DNA of 64,000 nucleotides. Source: an uncultured Acidimicrobiales bacterium. Its GTDB lineage: Bacteria > Actinomycetota > Acidimicrobiia > Acidimicrobiales > JAHEJN01. The notes under the pieces were generated by a model that was not told where the DNA came from, did not search any database, and was given only the letters and a program-made list of their open reading frames with translations. A program made the position numbers and the translations under genes. Below, piece after piece: positions 50,663 to 60,400 of the stretch. The stretch is from positions 137,265 through 201,264 of the forward strand of contig CAWBCM010000013.1 in the NCBI GenBank assembly GCA_963787285.1. Reading direction: 5' to 3'. Positions within the stretch are counted from its first letter, which is position 1; each line of letters opens with the position of its first letter.

Positions 50663-50666
<4 letters not shown>
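49857..50666 (-). CDS. ABC-2 type transporter permease (DrrB-like)
   Basis: 269 aa with 6 TM segments and the ABC-2 family pattern. It is 4-nt coupled to the upstream ATPase gene. Confidence 0.85.
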
Positions 50667-51695
<1,029 letters not shown>

Positions 51696-51821
51696 GCGTC
51701 GACCGTGCATCACCCCGGTCGAGGCTCGGCGGTCGCCGGGTAGGAGGGCGGTCGACGTGGCGGCCGACGGGCTCGACCGAGGCTCAACCGGCCCACAACC
51801 GACCGGTTCGAGGATCTCGGC

Positions 51822-54800
51822 ATGGCCACGGTTATGGGAAGCTTGCTGCTCGAGGACGGTGAACGGAGAGGCTCGGCAGTGCAGATTCGTCTTCTCGGCG
51901 GCGTCGATGCCGTCACCGACGACGGGGACCCGATCGACATCGGCCCCGCCAAGTGCCAAGCCCTGCTCGCCGCGCTCGCGCTCTCGGCGGGCTCGGCGTT
52001 GCCGGTCTCGCGTCTCGTCGAGCTGGTCTGGGGCCAGGACCCTCCCCGGACGGCCGAGAAGACGCTGCAGTCCTACGTCACCCGGCTTCGCAAGGGCCTC
52101 GGGCCGGACTCGATCGAGCGGACCGGGGCCGCCTACCGCCTGGTCGTCGACCCCGCATCGGTCGACGTCACACGATTCCAGCGCCACTTGGCAGCCCGCG
52201 ACGTCGGCGCCGCCCTCCGGGAGTGGACGGGAACTCCACTTGCCGGGCTGGACGCGCCCGGGTTGACGGGAACCGTGGACGGGCTGTTGGAGCAGTGGTT
52301 CGGCGCAGTGGAGAGCGATCTCGCGCTGCTGGTCGATCGTGACCCCGCCGAGGCCGTGGCCGTCCTGACCGAGCTGACGGCGCAGCATCCGTTCCGCGAA
52401 GGCCTCTGGGCGTTGCTGATGACCGCCCTGTACCGCGGCGGACGCCAGGCCGATGCACTTGGCGCCTACCGGCGCGCCCGCGAGCACCTCATCGAGGAGC
52501 TGGGCGTTGAGCCCGGACCCCGCTTGCGTGAGCTCGAGGCGCTGATTCTGGGCCAAGATGACCGCCTCGACATCGCGCCGGCCTCGACCACCGCGCTCAT
52601 GCCACCGACCGGCACCGTGACCTTCGGCTTCAGCGACATCGAGGGGTCCTCCCGGCTGTGGGCCGCACACCGGCAGGACATGGCCAGCGCCGTTGCCCGC
52701 CACGACGACATCGTGCGTGCCATCGCCGCCGACCACGACGGCTACGTCTTCGCCACCGGTGGCGACTCGTTCGGCGTGGCATTCCACCGCGCCGGCGACG
52801 CCGCCGGATGGGCCGCCGACCTGCAACAGGCCATGGCCCGCGAGAGGTGGCCCGGCCACATCGAGCTGAGGGTCCGGATCGGCCTGCACACCGGTGAGGC
52901 CGAGGAGCGGGCCAACGACTACTTCGGGCCGGCGGTCAATGTGGCCGCACGGATCGCGGCCGCAGGGCACGGCGGCCAGACGCTGGTCTCGCCGGTGACG
53001 GCCGCGCTGGTCGACGGTCGCGGCCTACACGATCTCGGCACGTTCCGATTCGACGGCGTCGGTGCCGACCTGAACATCTTCCAGCTCGGCGACGGCGAGC
53101 ACCCTCCGCTGCGTACCGACGAGACCCGTCGCGGGAACCTTCCTCGGCGAACGGGCCGCCTCTTCGGGCGCGATCGTGAGCTCGACGTCGTCGCCCAGAC
53201 CATCGCCGCCAGCCCCATCGTCACCCTGGTCGGCCCCGGCGGCATCGGCAAGACCAGGCTGGCGTTGGCCGCGGCCCGGATCGCCGAGGTCGACCTCCAC
53301 GACGGGGCCTGGTTGGTCGAGCTGGCCGAGATCGCATCGTCGGCTGATGTCGCTCGGGCGCTCGCCGACCTGCTCGACGTGACCGAGAGCTCCGGCCACA
53401 CGCTCACCGAGTCGATCGTCGCCCACCTCGAGCGCCGCCAGACGCTGGTGCTGTTCGACAACTGCGAGCACGTCGTCGAGGGCGTCGCCAGTCTGGCACA
53501 GACGATGGCCAGCGGCTGCCCAGAGGTGAAGGTGCTGGCGACGTCTCGCGAGGGTCTCGGCGTGGCTGAGGAGCGACTCGTCGTCGTCGGCCCTCTCGAC
53601 GCTGCGGGGCCGGCCGTCGAGCTGTTCGACGAGCGGGCTCGTTCCGCCGACTCTTCCTTCGATCTCGATGCCGATCGCCACGAGGTGGAGGAGATCTGCC
53701 GGCGTCTCGACGGCGTCCCGCTGGCCATCGAGCTCGCCGCATCCAGGGTTCGGAGCCTGTCGCCGGCCGACTTGGTCGCGCGCCTGGATGATCGGTTGCG
53801 CCTTCTCACCGGAGGCCGTCGGAGGAGTGTCGAGCGCCATCGGACGCTGCGGGCGACGATCCAGTGGTCGTATGACCTGCTCACACCGCCCGAGCAAGTC
53901 CTGTTCCGGCGGCTGTCGAGCTTCGCGGGCTCGTTCGACCTCGCGGCGGCCGAAGCCGTCGCCGCCGACGACGAGCTGCCGGTCGAAGAGCTGAGCGGCC
54001 TTCTGGGCGACCTGGTCGGGCGGTCGATGGTTGTGGTCGAATCGGGCGCCTACGGCCGTCGGTTCCGTTTGCTGGAGACCATGCGGCAGTTCGCCGCCGA
54101 GCACCTCTCCGAGGCCGGCGCCAGCGATCGGACGGCAGCACGGCACGCCGGCTTCGTTCGCGACGAGGTCACGCGGCTCGGCGGGCTGCTCGTGAGTAAC
54201 GACGAGATCGAAGGCGCGGCGCGACTGGCCGAGCTGTGGCCGAACGTGCGCGCGGCTGTCCACTGGGCCTTGGCCGTCGAAGACCGTGACCTCACCACGG
54301 AGTTGCTGCGGCCGATCGCCCTCCAGATGTTCGTCCGCCGTGGCCTCGGCGAGATCGCCGACTGGACCGAGGGTCTGTTGGCGATCACGCCTCCCGACGA
54401 CGAGGAGACCATTGCGACCGGTCTCCTGTGGGCGGCGATGCACTACTCGATGACCCAGGACCGCGAGCACTTCCGTCAGCTCATCGAGGACAGCGGAGCC
54501 CCCGACCACCTTTTCGTTCGTTACGCCTACCTCGTCGGTGTCGAGGACGACGATTTCACGACGCTGGAGGTGGGCCCGCTCGTCGTCGCCGAGATGCGGC
54601 GGCTTGGTCAGGAGTCGTACGCCCGTGTGTTCGAGGTATTCACGGCGGCCGCGTTGATGACGTCCGGTCAGTTCGCCGAGGCCCGGGCCAGACACGAAGC
54701 CCTGGCTGAGCTGTTCCGGGCCGAGGGCCCGCCCTCATTCCTCAATTGGACCCTCTACCTGCTCGGTGCGTCCGCGGCCTTCCAAGGGGACCATGAGCTG

Positions 54801-55271
54801 GCCGATCGCTACTGGGAGGAGTTGACTGCCATCGAATTGCCCCCGAGGACCAACTCGCCCAACGAGACGCTGTCGGCCCGAGCGGCGTTTCGGCAGGGAC
54901 GCCGCCACGAGGCCTTCCGGATCCTTCGGAGCTACATCGACGAGCTGCTCGAGGTCGACAACATGGCCGGCACCGCAATCGTCGGCATCGAGTTCGTCAA
55001 CATGATGACCGCCGTCGGTCGCCTGATCGATGCCGGTGTGATTCTCGGGCACCTCGACGCAACCGGACTGCTCGGCGTCGAGGGCCCGGGATTCAAGGTG
55101 CTCGTCACCGACGCAGTCTTGGTCGTGGGCGCTGACCCGGACGCGGCAGCGGCCCGGGAGCGACGCAGCCGCCCGCCGGCTGGACGAGCGCTCCGCGCTG
55201 TCTTACATGGGGCGTGTCCTCGGCGAGCTTGTCGACGGTGCCGCTCGGCAATGACGAGGCCCGCCAAGTGA
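51822..55271 (+). CDS. SARP (wHTH + BTAD) - class III adenylate/guanylate cyclase domain - NB-ARC/STAND ATPase - TPR-like multidomain regulator
   Basis: 1149 aa. The more likely start is the GTG at 51879, with GGAGAG 9 nt upstream. Cyclase motifs are FGFSDIEGS, GGDSF, RIGLHTGE and GPAVNVAARI. The P-loop is GPGGIGKT. The tail is long and helical. Confidence 0.85.
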   Translation: MATVMGSLLLEDGERRGSAVQIRLLGGVDAVTDDGDPIDIGPAKCQALLAALALSAGSALPVSRLVELVWGQDPPRTAEKTLQSYVTRLRKGLGPDSIERTGAAYRLVVDPASVDVTRFQRHLAARDVGAALREWTGTPLAGLDAPGLTGTVDGLLEQWFGAVESDLALLVDRDPAEAVAVLTELTAQHPFREGLWALLMTALYRGGRQADALGAYRRAREHLIEELGVEPGPRLRELEALILGQDDRLDIAPASTTALMPPTGTVTFGFSDIEGSSRLWAAHRQDMASAVARHDDIVRAIAADHDGYVFATGGDSFGVAFHRAGDAAGWAADLQQAMARERWPGHIELRVRIGLHTGEAEERANDYFGPAVNVAARIAAAGHGGQTLVSPVTAALVDGRGLHDLGTFRFDGVGADLNIFQLGDGEHPPLRTDETRRGNLPRRTGRLFGRDRELDVVAQTIAASPIVTLVGPGGIGKTRLALAAARIAEVDLHDGAWLVELAEIASSADVARALADLLDVTESSGHTLTESIVAHLERRQTLVLFDNCEHVVEGVASLAQTMASGCPEVKVLATSREGLGVAEERLVVVGPLDAAGPAVELFDERARSADSSFDLDADRHEVEEICRRLDGVPLAIELAASRVRSLSPADLVARLDDRLRLLTGGRRRSVERHRTLRATIQWSYDLLTPPEQVLFRRLSSFAGSFDLAAAEAVAADDELPVEELSGLLGDLVGRSMVVVESGAYGRRFRLLETMRQFAAEHLSEAGASDRTAARHAGFVRDEVTRLGGLLVSNDEIEGAARLAELWPNVRAAVHWALAVEDRDLTTELLRPIALQMFVRRGLGEIADWTEGLLAITPPDDEETIATGLLWAAMHYSMTQDREHFRQLIEDSGAPDHLFVRYAYLVGVEDDDFTTLEVGPLVVAEMRRLGQESYARVFEVFTAAALMTSGQFAEARARHEALAELFRAEGPPSFLNWTLYLLGASAAFQGDHELADRYWEELTAIELPPRTNSPNETLSARAAFRQGRRHEAFRILRSYIDELLEVDNMAGTAIVGIEFVNMMTAVGRLIDAGVILGHLDATGLLGVEGPGFKVLVTDAVLVVGADPDAAAARERRSRPPAGRALRAVLHGACPRRACRRCRSAMTRPAK

Positions 55272-55298
55272 CATGCTCGGTCCTGCCGCGCACCCGTT

Positions 55299-55426
55299 CA
55301 TCCCTACTTTCTCCCGAGAGTAGGGATACCCAGCGGTAACCAGCGGACAGCACCGGTTAGCATTTCCGCAGGTCAGCAGGCATAAACGGCCACAGCCGGT
55401 CACCAGTGGACAACCCCAAATCAGAC
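55299..55426. repeat. Island right arm (hairpin + AGCGGTNAC repeats) abutting attR
   Basis: CATCCCTACTTTCTCCCGAGAGTAGGGATACCCAGCGGTAACCAGCGGACA..., then GGTCACCAGTGGACA. It is homologous to 49606-49720. Confidence 0.55.
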
Positions 55427-55506
55427 CCACGACATCTTCGAAGGCACCGAGCAGATCCAGCAGCTGGTGATCAGCCGGGCGATCTCGGGGATGCGAATCG
55501 AGTAGC
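55427..55506. repeat. attR-like 80-bp direct repeat
   Basis: 79/80 identical to 34981-35060. It encodes [25 protein letters not shown] plus a stop but has no ACAD sequence upstream. Confidence 0.8.
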
Positions 55507-55520
55507 GCTGAGCTGCCGGT

Positions 55521-56216
55521 TTGGCTGATCAGCGGCCGACACGGACACTGCGCAGAGCCCGTCGTTTGACAATTGGCTCCAGCTTCGTGGCGCCTGATCT
55601 GTGCTGGCCACCGGACGTGAAGCAGACTGACTTCGTGGGGGACGACCTTTCCGTGCGACTGCTCGACGCAGTGGACCGGCACGGGCTGATCCTGGTGCAC
55701 GATCAGGCGCTTCCGTCGCTGACGCAGGTGGCGGTGGGCGAACCGGTGAGCGGCTCGTGGTGGAGTCACCCGCTGGCGAACCAGATCTACAACGCGCTCG
55801 GCGCGATCGAGCGTGACGTGTTGCGGGTGAAACTCGTCCGCAAGAAGGACACGTTGATCGCCCGGCACCTGTGGAGTGAGGTCTACGCCGTCGCCTCGTC
55901 AGGGAGTCCGTGGCAGCTGCGAGAACTGAGCTCCGCCGGTCGGGAATTGCTCGACGAGATCGACGGTTCCGTCGACCCAGTGGTCGTCGCGTCGGCGCAG
56001 CGCACGACTGCTCGTGCGCTGGCGCTGCGTCTGCTGGTTCACGTCGACGAGGTGCATACCGCAGCGGGACATCACGTCAAGGCGTACCGGTCGTGGGACA
56101 GTTGGAGTCGAGAATCCGAGGTGGGCACGGTCGCGCTCGACGACGCCATTGCGACGATCGAGAGTGTCGTCGCAGCCTGGCCGAACACAGGTGCACGACG
56201 CCTGCTCCCCTGGTGA
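55521..56216 (+). CDS. Hypothetical protein
   Basis: 231-aa ORF with protein-like composition from about VGDDLSVRLLDAVDRHGLILV onward. The start is uncertain (TTG or GTG candidates). I recognise no family. Confidence 0.45.
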   Translation: MADQRPTRTLRRARRLTIGSSFVAPDLCWPPDVKQTDFVGDDLSVRLLDAVDRHGLILVHDQALPSLTQVAVGEPVSGSWWSHPLANQIYNALGAIERDVLRVKLVRKKDTLIARHLWSEVYAVASSGSPWQLRELSSAGRELLDEIDGSVDPVVVASAQRTTARALALRLLVHVDEVHTAAGHHVKAYRSWDSWSRESEVGTVALDDAIATIESVVAAWPNTGARRLLPW

Positions 56217-56256
56217 GCAGAACAGCCCGACCGCGCTCAATGAGCCACGCGATGCT

Positions 56257-56543
56257 GCCTGCTCGTACTTGCGCACTGCGAGCGGAGCGAACACGGCGAT
56301 GATGATCACCACCCAGCCGAGCGAGTAGAGCGCGGCGTGCTCGAGTGGCCATGCCGTGGGCTCCGGCGTTCCCTCCGGGATGTTCCCGAAGTGCTCACGG
56401 GCCGCCTGGGCCACGGCTGACACCGGGTTCCACTCGGCGAAGACGCGTAGCGGGGTTGGGAAGTCGTCGGTCGGTACGAAGGTGTTGGCGATGAAGGTCA
56501 GCGGGGAGATCACCAGCGACGAGGCGTTGTTGATCGGTTCCAC
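56257..56543 (-). pseudogene. 3' fragment (about 95 codons) of an ABC-2 permease gene, duplicate of 49873-50159
   Basis: 287 bp, with 3 mismatches to the intact copy by my alignment. It lacks the N-terminal two-thirds and its own start. Confidence 0.85.
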
Positions 56544-56575
56544 CGCCTCGCCGCCCGAGGCGCTTTCCCGCGTGC

Positions 56576-56935
56576 CTACGTCGTTGCTCGACGGCTCTGG
56601 AGGACACAGAACTCGTTGCCCTCCGGATCGGCCAACACCACCCACGGAACGTCGCCTTGCCCAACGTCAAGACGAGACGCTCCGAGCGCGATGAGTCGGT
56701 CAACCTCGGCGGCCTGATCGTCAGGACGAAGATCGATGTGCAGACGGTTCTTGCCCTGCTTGGGTTCATCGACGGCCAAGAACAAGATCCCTGGAAGACG
56801 ATCTGGCCGTGGCTGAATCTCAAAGACCGGTGGGTCGTCGTCGACGACGACCCACCCGAGCGCTTCGCACCACCACCGACCCAGCGCACCCGGGTCAGGC
56901 GTGGCGACAACGACTTGCTCCCACTCAAGGCCCAT
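56576..56935 (-). CDS. VOC/glyoxalase-like domain protein
   Basis: 119 aa from MGLEWEQVVVATPDP. FYCEALGW-type N-terminus (here WWCEALGW), RLHIDL and ADPEGNEFCV motifs are present. Confidence 0.75.
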   Translation of the reverse strand: MGLEWEQVVVATPDPGALGRWWCEALGWVVVDDDPPVFEIQPRPDRLPGILFLAVDEPKQGKNRLHIDLRPDDQAAEVDRLIALGASRLDVGQGDVPWVVLADPEGNEFCVLQSRRATT

Positions 56936-57139
56936 GGCACGACGATAGACGCAGCGCTCCCGGGCTGCCTGACCATCACGCCGAGCCATCCCGAGCGGCA
57001 TCTGACATAGCGGCACGTCGGGAGTTGCCAACGCGGCGGACCATGACGAGGAGCGGAATGTCGGCGATATCGGATGCCCCCTCGGCCGAGGCTGCGGCAA
57101 TGGTCGCCGTGAGACGCATGTGAGTCACCTCATTCGCCA

Positions 57140-57182
57140 CCGGTCCGCATTTGGTGGCCGACGGTCACATCGGTCACCAAGC
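57140..57182. repeat. Relic resembling the island left arm
   Basis: CATTTGGTGGCCGACGGTCACATCGGTCACCAAG versus 35072-35104 GGTTTGTGGTCAGCGGTCACATCGGTGACCAAG. About 27 of 33 positions match by eye. Confidence 0.4.
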
Positions 57183-57523
57183 GCGCTGTCGATATTGCGC
57201 GCCGCGAGCCGACGGGAGCGACCTTGCCGGCGTGTCCGCCGCGTTCGAAGAGCGTGTGCGCAGCTGCGCGGCCCCACCTTGGTCGAAATCGCTCGGCTTC
57301 GTGACCTTGAGCACTCAGTTTGGGCTAGCTATAGTCAGAGGAAATGGCTGGCGGCGATTCGGAACACCGTCTCAGGCGTCTTGCCGGACACGCTGGGGCA
57401 TCCGAAAGGGCAGTTCGTGAGTCGGATGAGGTGATCTCGACGAGTCAAGTACGCCGAGCGACGATCGCGGTGTCCTCCTCATCGCCGGCTTCGGTATCGG
57501 CAGGCAGAGGGTGAGAGGGAGAC

Positions 57524-57826
57524 ATGCTGGAACGACTGACGCAGCGGACACTGGTGCTGACCGCCGCGGTGTTCTGCATCGCAGGCATCGTCGAGGGCAT
57601 CCGGATCGACCGCCCGAGTGTCGCCGTGCTCTTCGCTCTCGTGCTCGGCGTGGGCAGCGTCATCGCCCGTGACAAGGCCACGCAGCGACCGATCCGGGTC
57701 CGACCGGATCTGCGTGAGTGGCTCGACGACACCGCGTCGGTCACCGGCGACTCGATCGAGGAGCTGAGCAACGCGGCGCTGAGCAGCTACCGGGCCGAGC
57801 TCTCCGGGTCCCGCGATGCCCGCTGA
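57524..57826 (+). CDS. Small protein: two N-terminal TM helices + C-terminal ribbon-helix-helix-like tail
   Basis: GAGGGAG lies 6 nt upstream of the ATG. TM helices are [14 protein letters not shown] and [15 protein letters not shown]. The tail [27 protein letters not shown] looks RHH-like. It overlaps the next gene by 11 nt. Confidence 0.45.
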   Translation: MLERLTQRTLVLTAAVFCIAGIVEGIRIDRPSVAVLFALVLGVGSVIARDKATQRPIRVRPDLREWLDDTASVTGDSIEELSNAALSSYRAELSGSRDAR

Positions 57827-60400
57827 CCCGAATCTGGTCGCCCGTGTCGACGGCAGCGGGCTCGCAAACGAGCGCGCGGGCGGGAAGGGTTCGTCCCTCG
57901 ACGTCCTCGTGTCCCTGGGCGCCAGGGTTCCCGAGACGAGCATCGTCACGACGGCGGCCTACCGGCTGTTCGCATCGGAGCCTTCGATCGCCGCGTTGCT
58001 CGAAGAGCTCCGGACGGGCGAGCTGCCGCTGCCGCAGGATCACGAACGCGAGCAACAGCGCGTCGACGACGCGTTCCTCTCCGTGGAGTTGCCGGAACCG
58101 ATCGTCGAGGCGATCGCTGCGTTCGGACCGCCGATCGGTGGCGAAGCGACGGTCGCCGTCCGTTCCTCGGCGACTGCGGAGGACATGGCATCGGCGTCGT
58201 TCGCCGGCCAGTACCGCTCCCTGCTGGACGTGGGTCCCGACGACCTGAGTAGGGCGGTCCGGCTGGTCTGGGCGTCGCTATGGCACCCTGCGCCGAGGAG
58301 CTACCGGCGATTCCGGAACGTCCCAGAGGACGATCTCTCCATGGCCGTCGTCCTGATGACGATGCTCGACCCGTCGCATGCGGGGGTGATCTTCACCAGC
58401 GATCCAGGTGGTTCACCGGATCATCTGCGGATCGAGATCGTCGAGGGCCTCGGCGAAGCGCTCGTGTCGGGCGAAGCCACACCCGAGGCCTTCGTGGTCC
58501 CCCACGACGAGAGCGTCGAGCGGCTCGCGGAGGTCAGACCAGTCTTCGGTGAGGTGGTGGCCGAGGCGCTGCGCATCGAGCGCGAGCTCGGCTCGCCGCA
58601 AGACATCGAGTGGGCCGTCGACCACGACGAGCTCTACCTGGTCCAGGCTCGCCCGATCACGACCGAGTCGATCGAAGTCGGAACCGACGACGGGTTCGAC
58701 GTCAACGTCGAACCAATGGCGAGCTTCACGACCGCGGGCATAGGGGAGTCCCTGCCCGGCGTGGTGCCGCCGCTCGACTGGACGGTGAACTCCTGGACCC
58801 TCGAGAACGGGTTCCGGGGGCTCTTCCACCGTCTCGGTGGGTGCCCGGACGGGCTCGCCGGGCCCCATGCCCTCATCGGTCGCTTCCGGGGACGCGCCGC
58901 GCTCAACCTCGACCGGATGCTGCAGGCCGCAAGCACCATCCCCGGAGCGTCGCCGGAGGAGCTCGAGCACCAGTACTTCGGTGAGGCCGTGCGGTCCGAG
59001 GACGCACCGCCCGCTCCGACCCCACCGAAGGCCGGTGCTGCCCAGGGCTTGCGCACGCTGCGCGCTCGGCAGACGGCGGCCCAGGAGTCCGAGGTCGTCA
59101 CGCTCGCCGTGGACCGACTCCTCGACATCGAACCCGAGCTCCGCCTCCTCGAAGATGACGGCCTGCTCGCCTACCGGTCGCGCCTGCTGCATCTCGCCAC
59201 CCGGGTGGTGACCGCAGAGGTCGCGATCGCGGCCATGGCCACGGCCAGCTACCGCAGCATCGAGGTGTTCCTCAGCAAGCAGCTCGGTGACGCCGAGGCC
59301 AGCCGAGCGGCGCAGCTCATGACCTCGGGGACCGGTGGGACGCGCCGGGCATTGATCGCACTGGCATTGAGTGACCTCGTGGAGGAGTCACAGGCGAGCC
59401 CGGAGCTCCGCGAGGCCACGAGCAACGACGTCTGGTCCGAGGCCCAGTTAGCGCTCGTCCGCTTCCCGAGCGGTCGTGGCTTCATCGAGCACTTCGGCGA
59501 GGCACTTCGTCGCGCCGGGTCGACGTCCTACTTCGGCGGTCCGACCTGGGCCGAGGTGCCCGACCTCGCGTGGCTCACGTTCCGTCACGAGGTCATCGCG
59601 CCCCCCCACGACGACGACGCCGAGCGACGTGCCGCACGCGACGAGATCGAAGACCGACTCACACGGAGCTCGGACTGGTCCTACACCCGATGGAACAGCG
59701 GTCAGCTCTTCGACATCCGTCGGCGGTTCTTCCGCCGCGAGTCCGCCGACGCGGCCGAGTTCCTCGATCGGCGCGAGCGCACGAAGGCCGCGATGTTGAA
59801 GCTCGGCGGAGCCCTCCGCCGGCTCAACCTCGAGTTCGGAGCACGGCTGGTGGAGTCCGGTCGGCTCGACGACCCCGAGGACGTCCGCTTCCTCTCGAAC
59901 GCCGAGCTCGTGGCGCAGATGGCTGGTGGCGGCCCGACCACCGACGTCGTGGCGATCCGCCGGCGACGCCTCGACGAGGCCGAGCTCGATGGTCCGCTCC
60001 CCCGGGTGTTCGAAGGGACGCCGGACGCTGCCGAAGCGGCGAAGATCGAGGGCGTCCGGGTCGAGGGGTGGGGCGCCAGCCCGGGACGTTACGAGGGCCC
60101 GGCCCGGGTCGTCCGTTCGGTCAGCGCCAGCTCTCTCCGCCGAGGCGATGTCCTGGTCGCCCGCTCGACCGATGCGTCCTGGGCGCCGTTGTTCCTGCTC
60201 GCCGGCGCCATCGTGGTGGAGGACGGCGGCCCGCTCTCACACGCTGCGATCGTCGCCCGTGAGCTCGGCATGCCGGCCGTGCTCAACGTTCCCGGCATCA
60301 TGGACCGGATCGAGTCGGAGCCCGAGGAGGTGGCGCTCCGCGTCGACGGGACCAGAGGTGAGGTGATCATTCACGAGCCGGCGGTCGCCGGGGAGATCGA
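57816..60400 (+). CDS. PEP/pyruvate-binding + PEP-utilizing swivel-domain enzyme with rifampicin-phosphotransferase-like architecture; native 3' end lost at a sequence junction
   Basis: N-terminal PPDK_N/ATP-grasp (GGKGSSL..., [23 protein letters not shown]). A long helical middle region follows. The C-terminal mobile His domain is [46 protein letters not shown]. There is no stop codon before the aldolase-like sequence begins, so the end coordinate is approximate. Confidence 0.75.

Noticed and set aside
57440-57523. Rifamycin-associated element (the GC-rich palindrome reported upstream of actinobacterial rph/arr genes) in front of the RPH-like gene
   Set aside because: I found nothing resembling that palindrome in the 100 nt upstream of the small ORF or of the enzyme gene.
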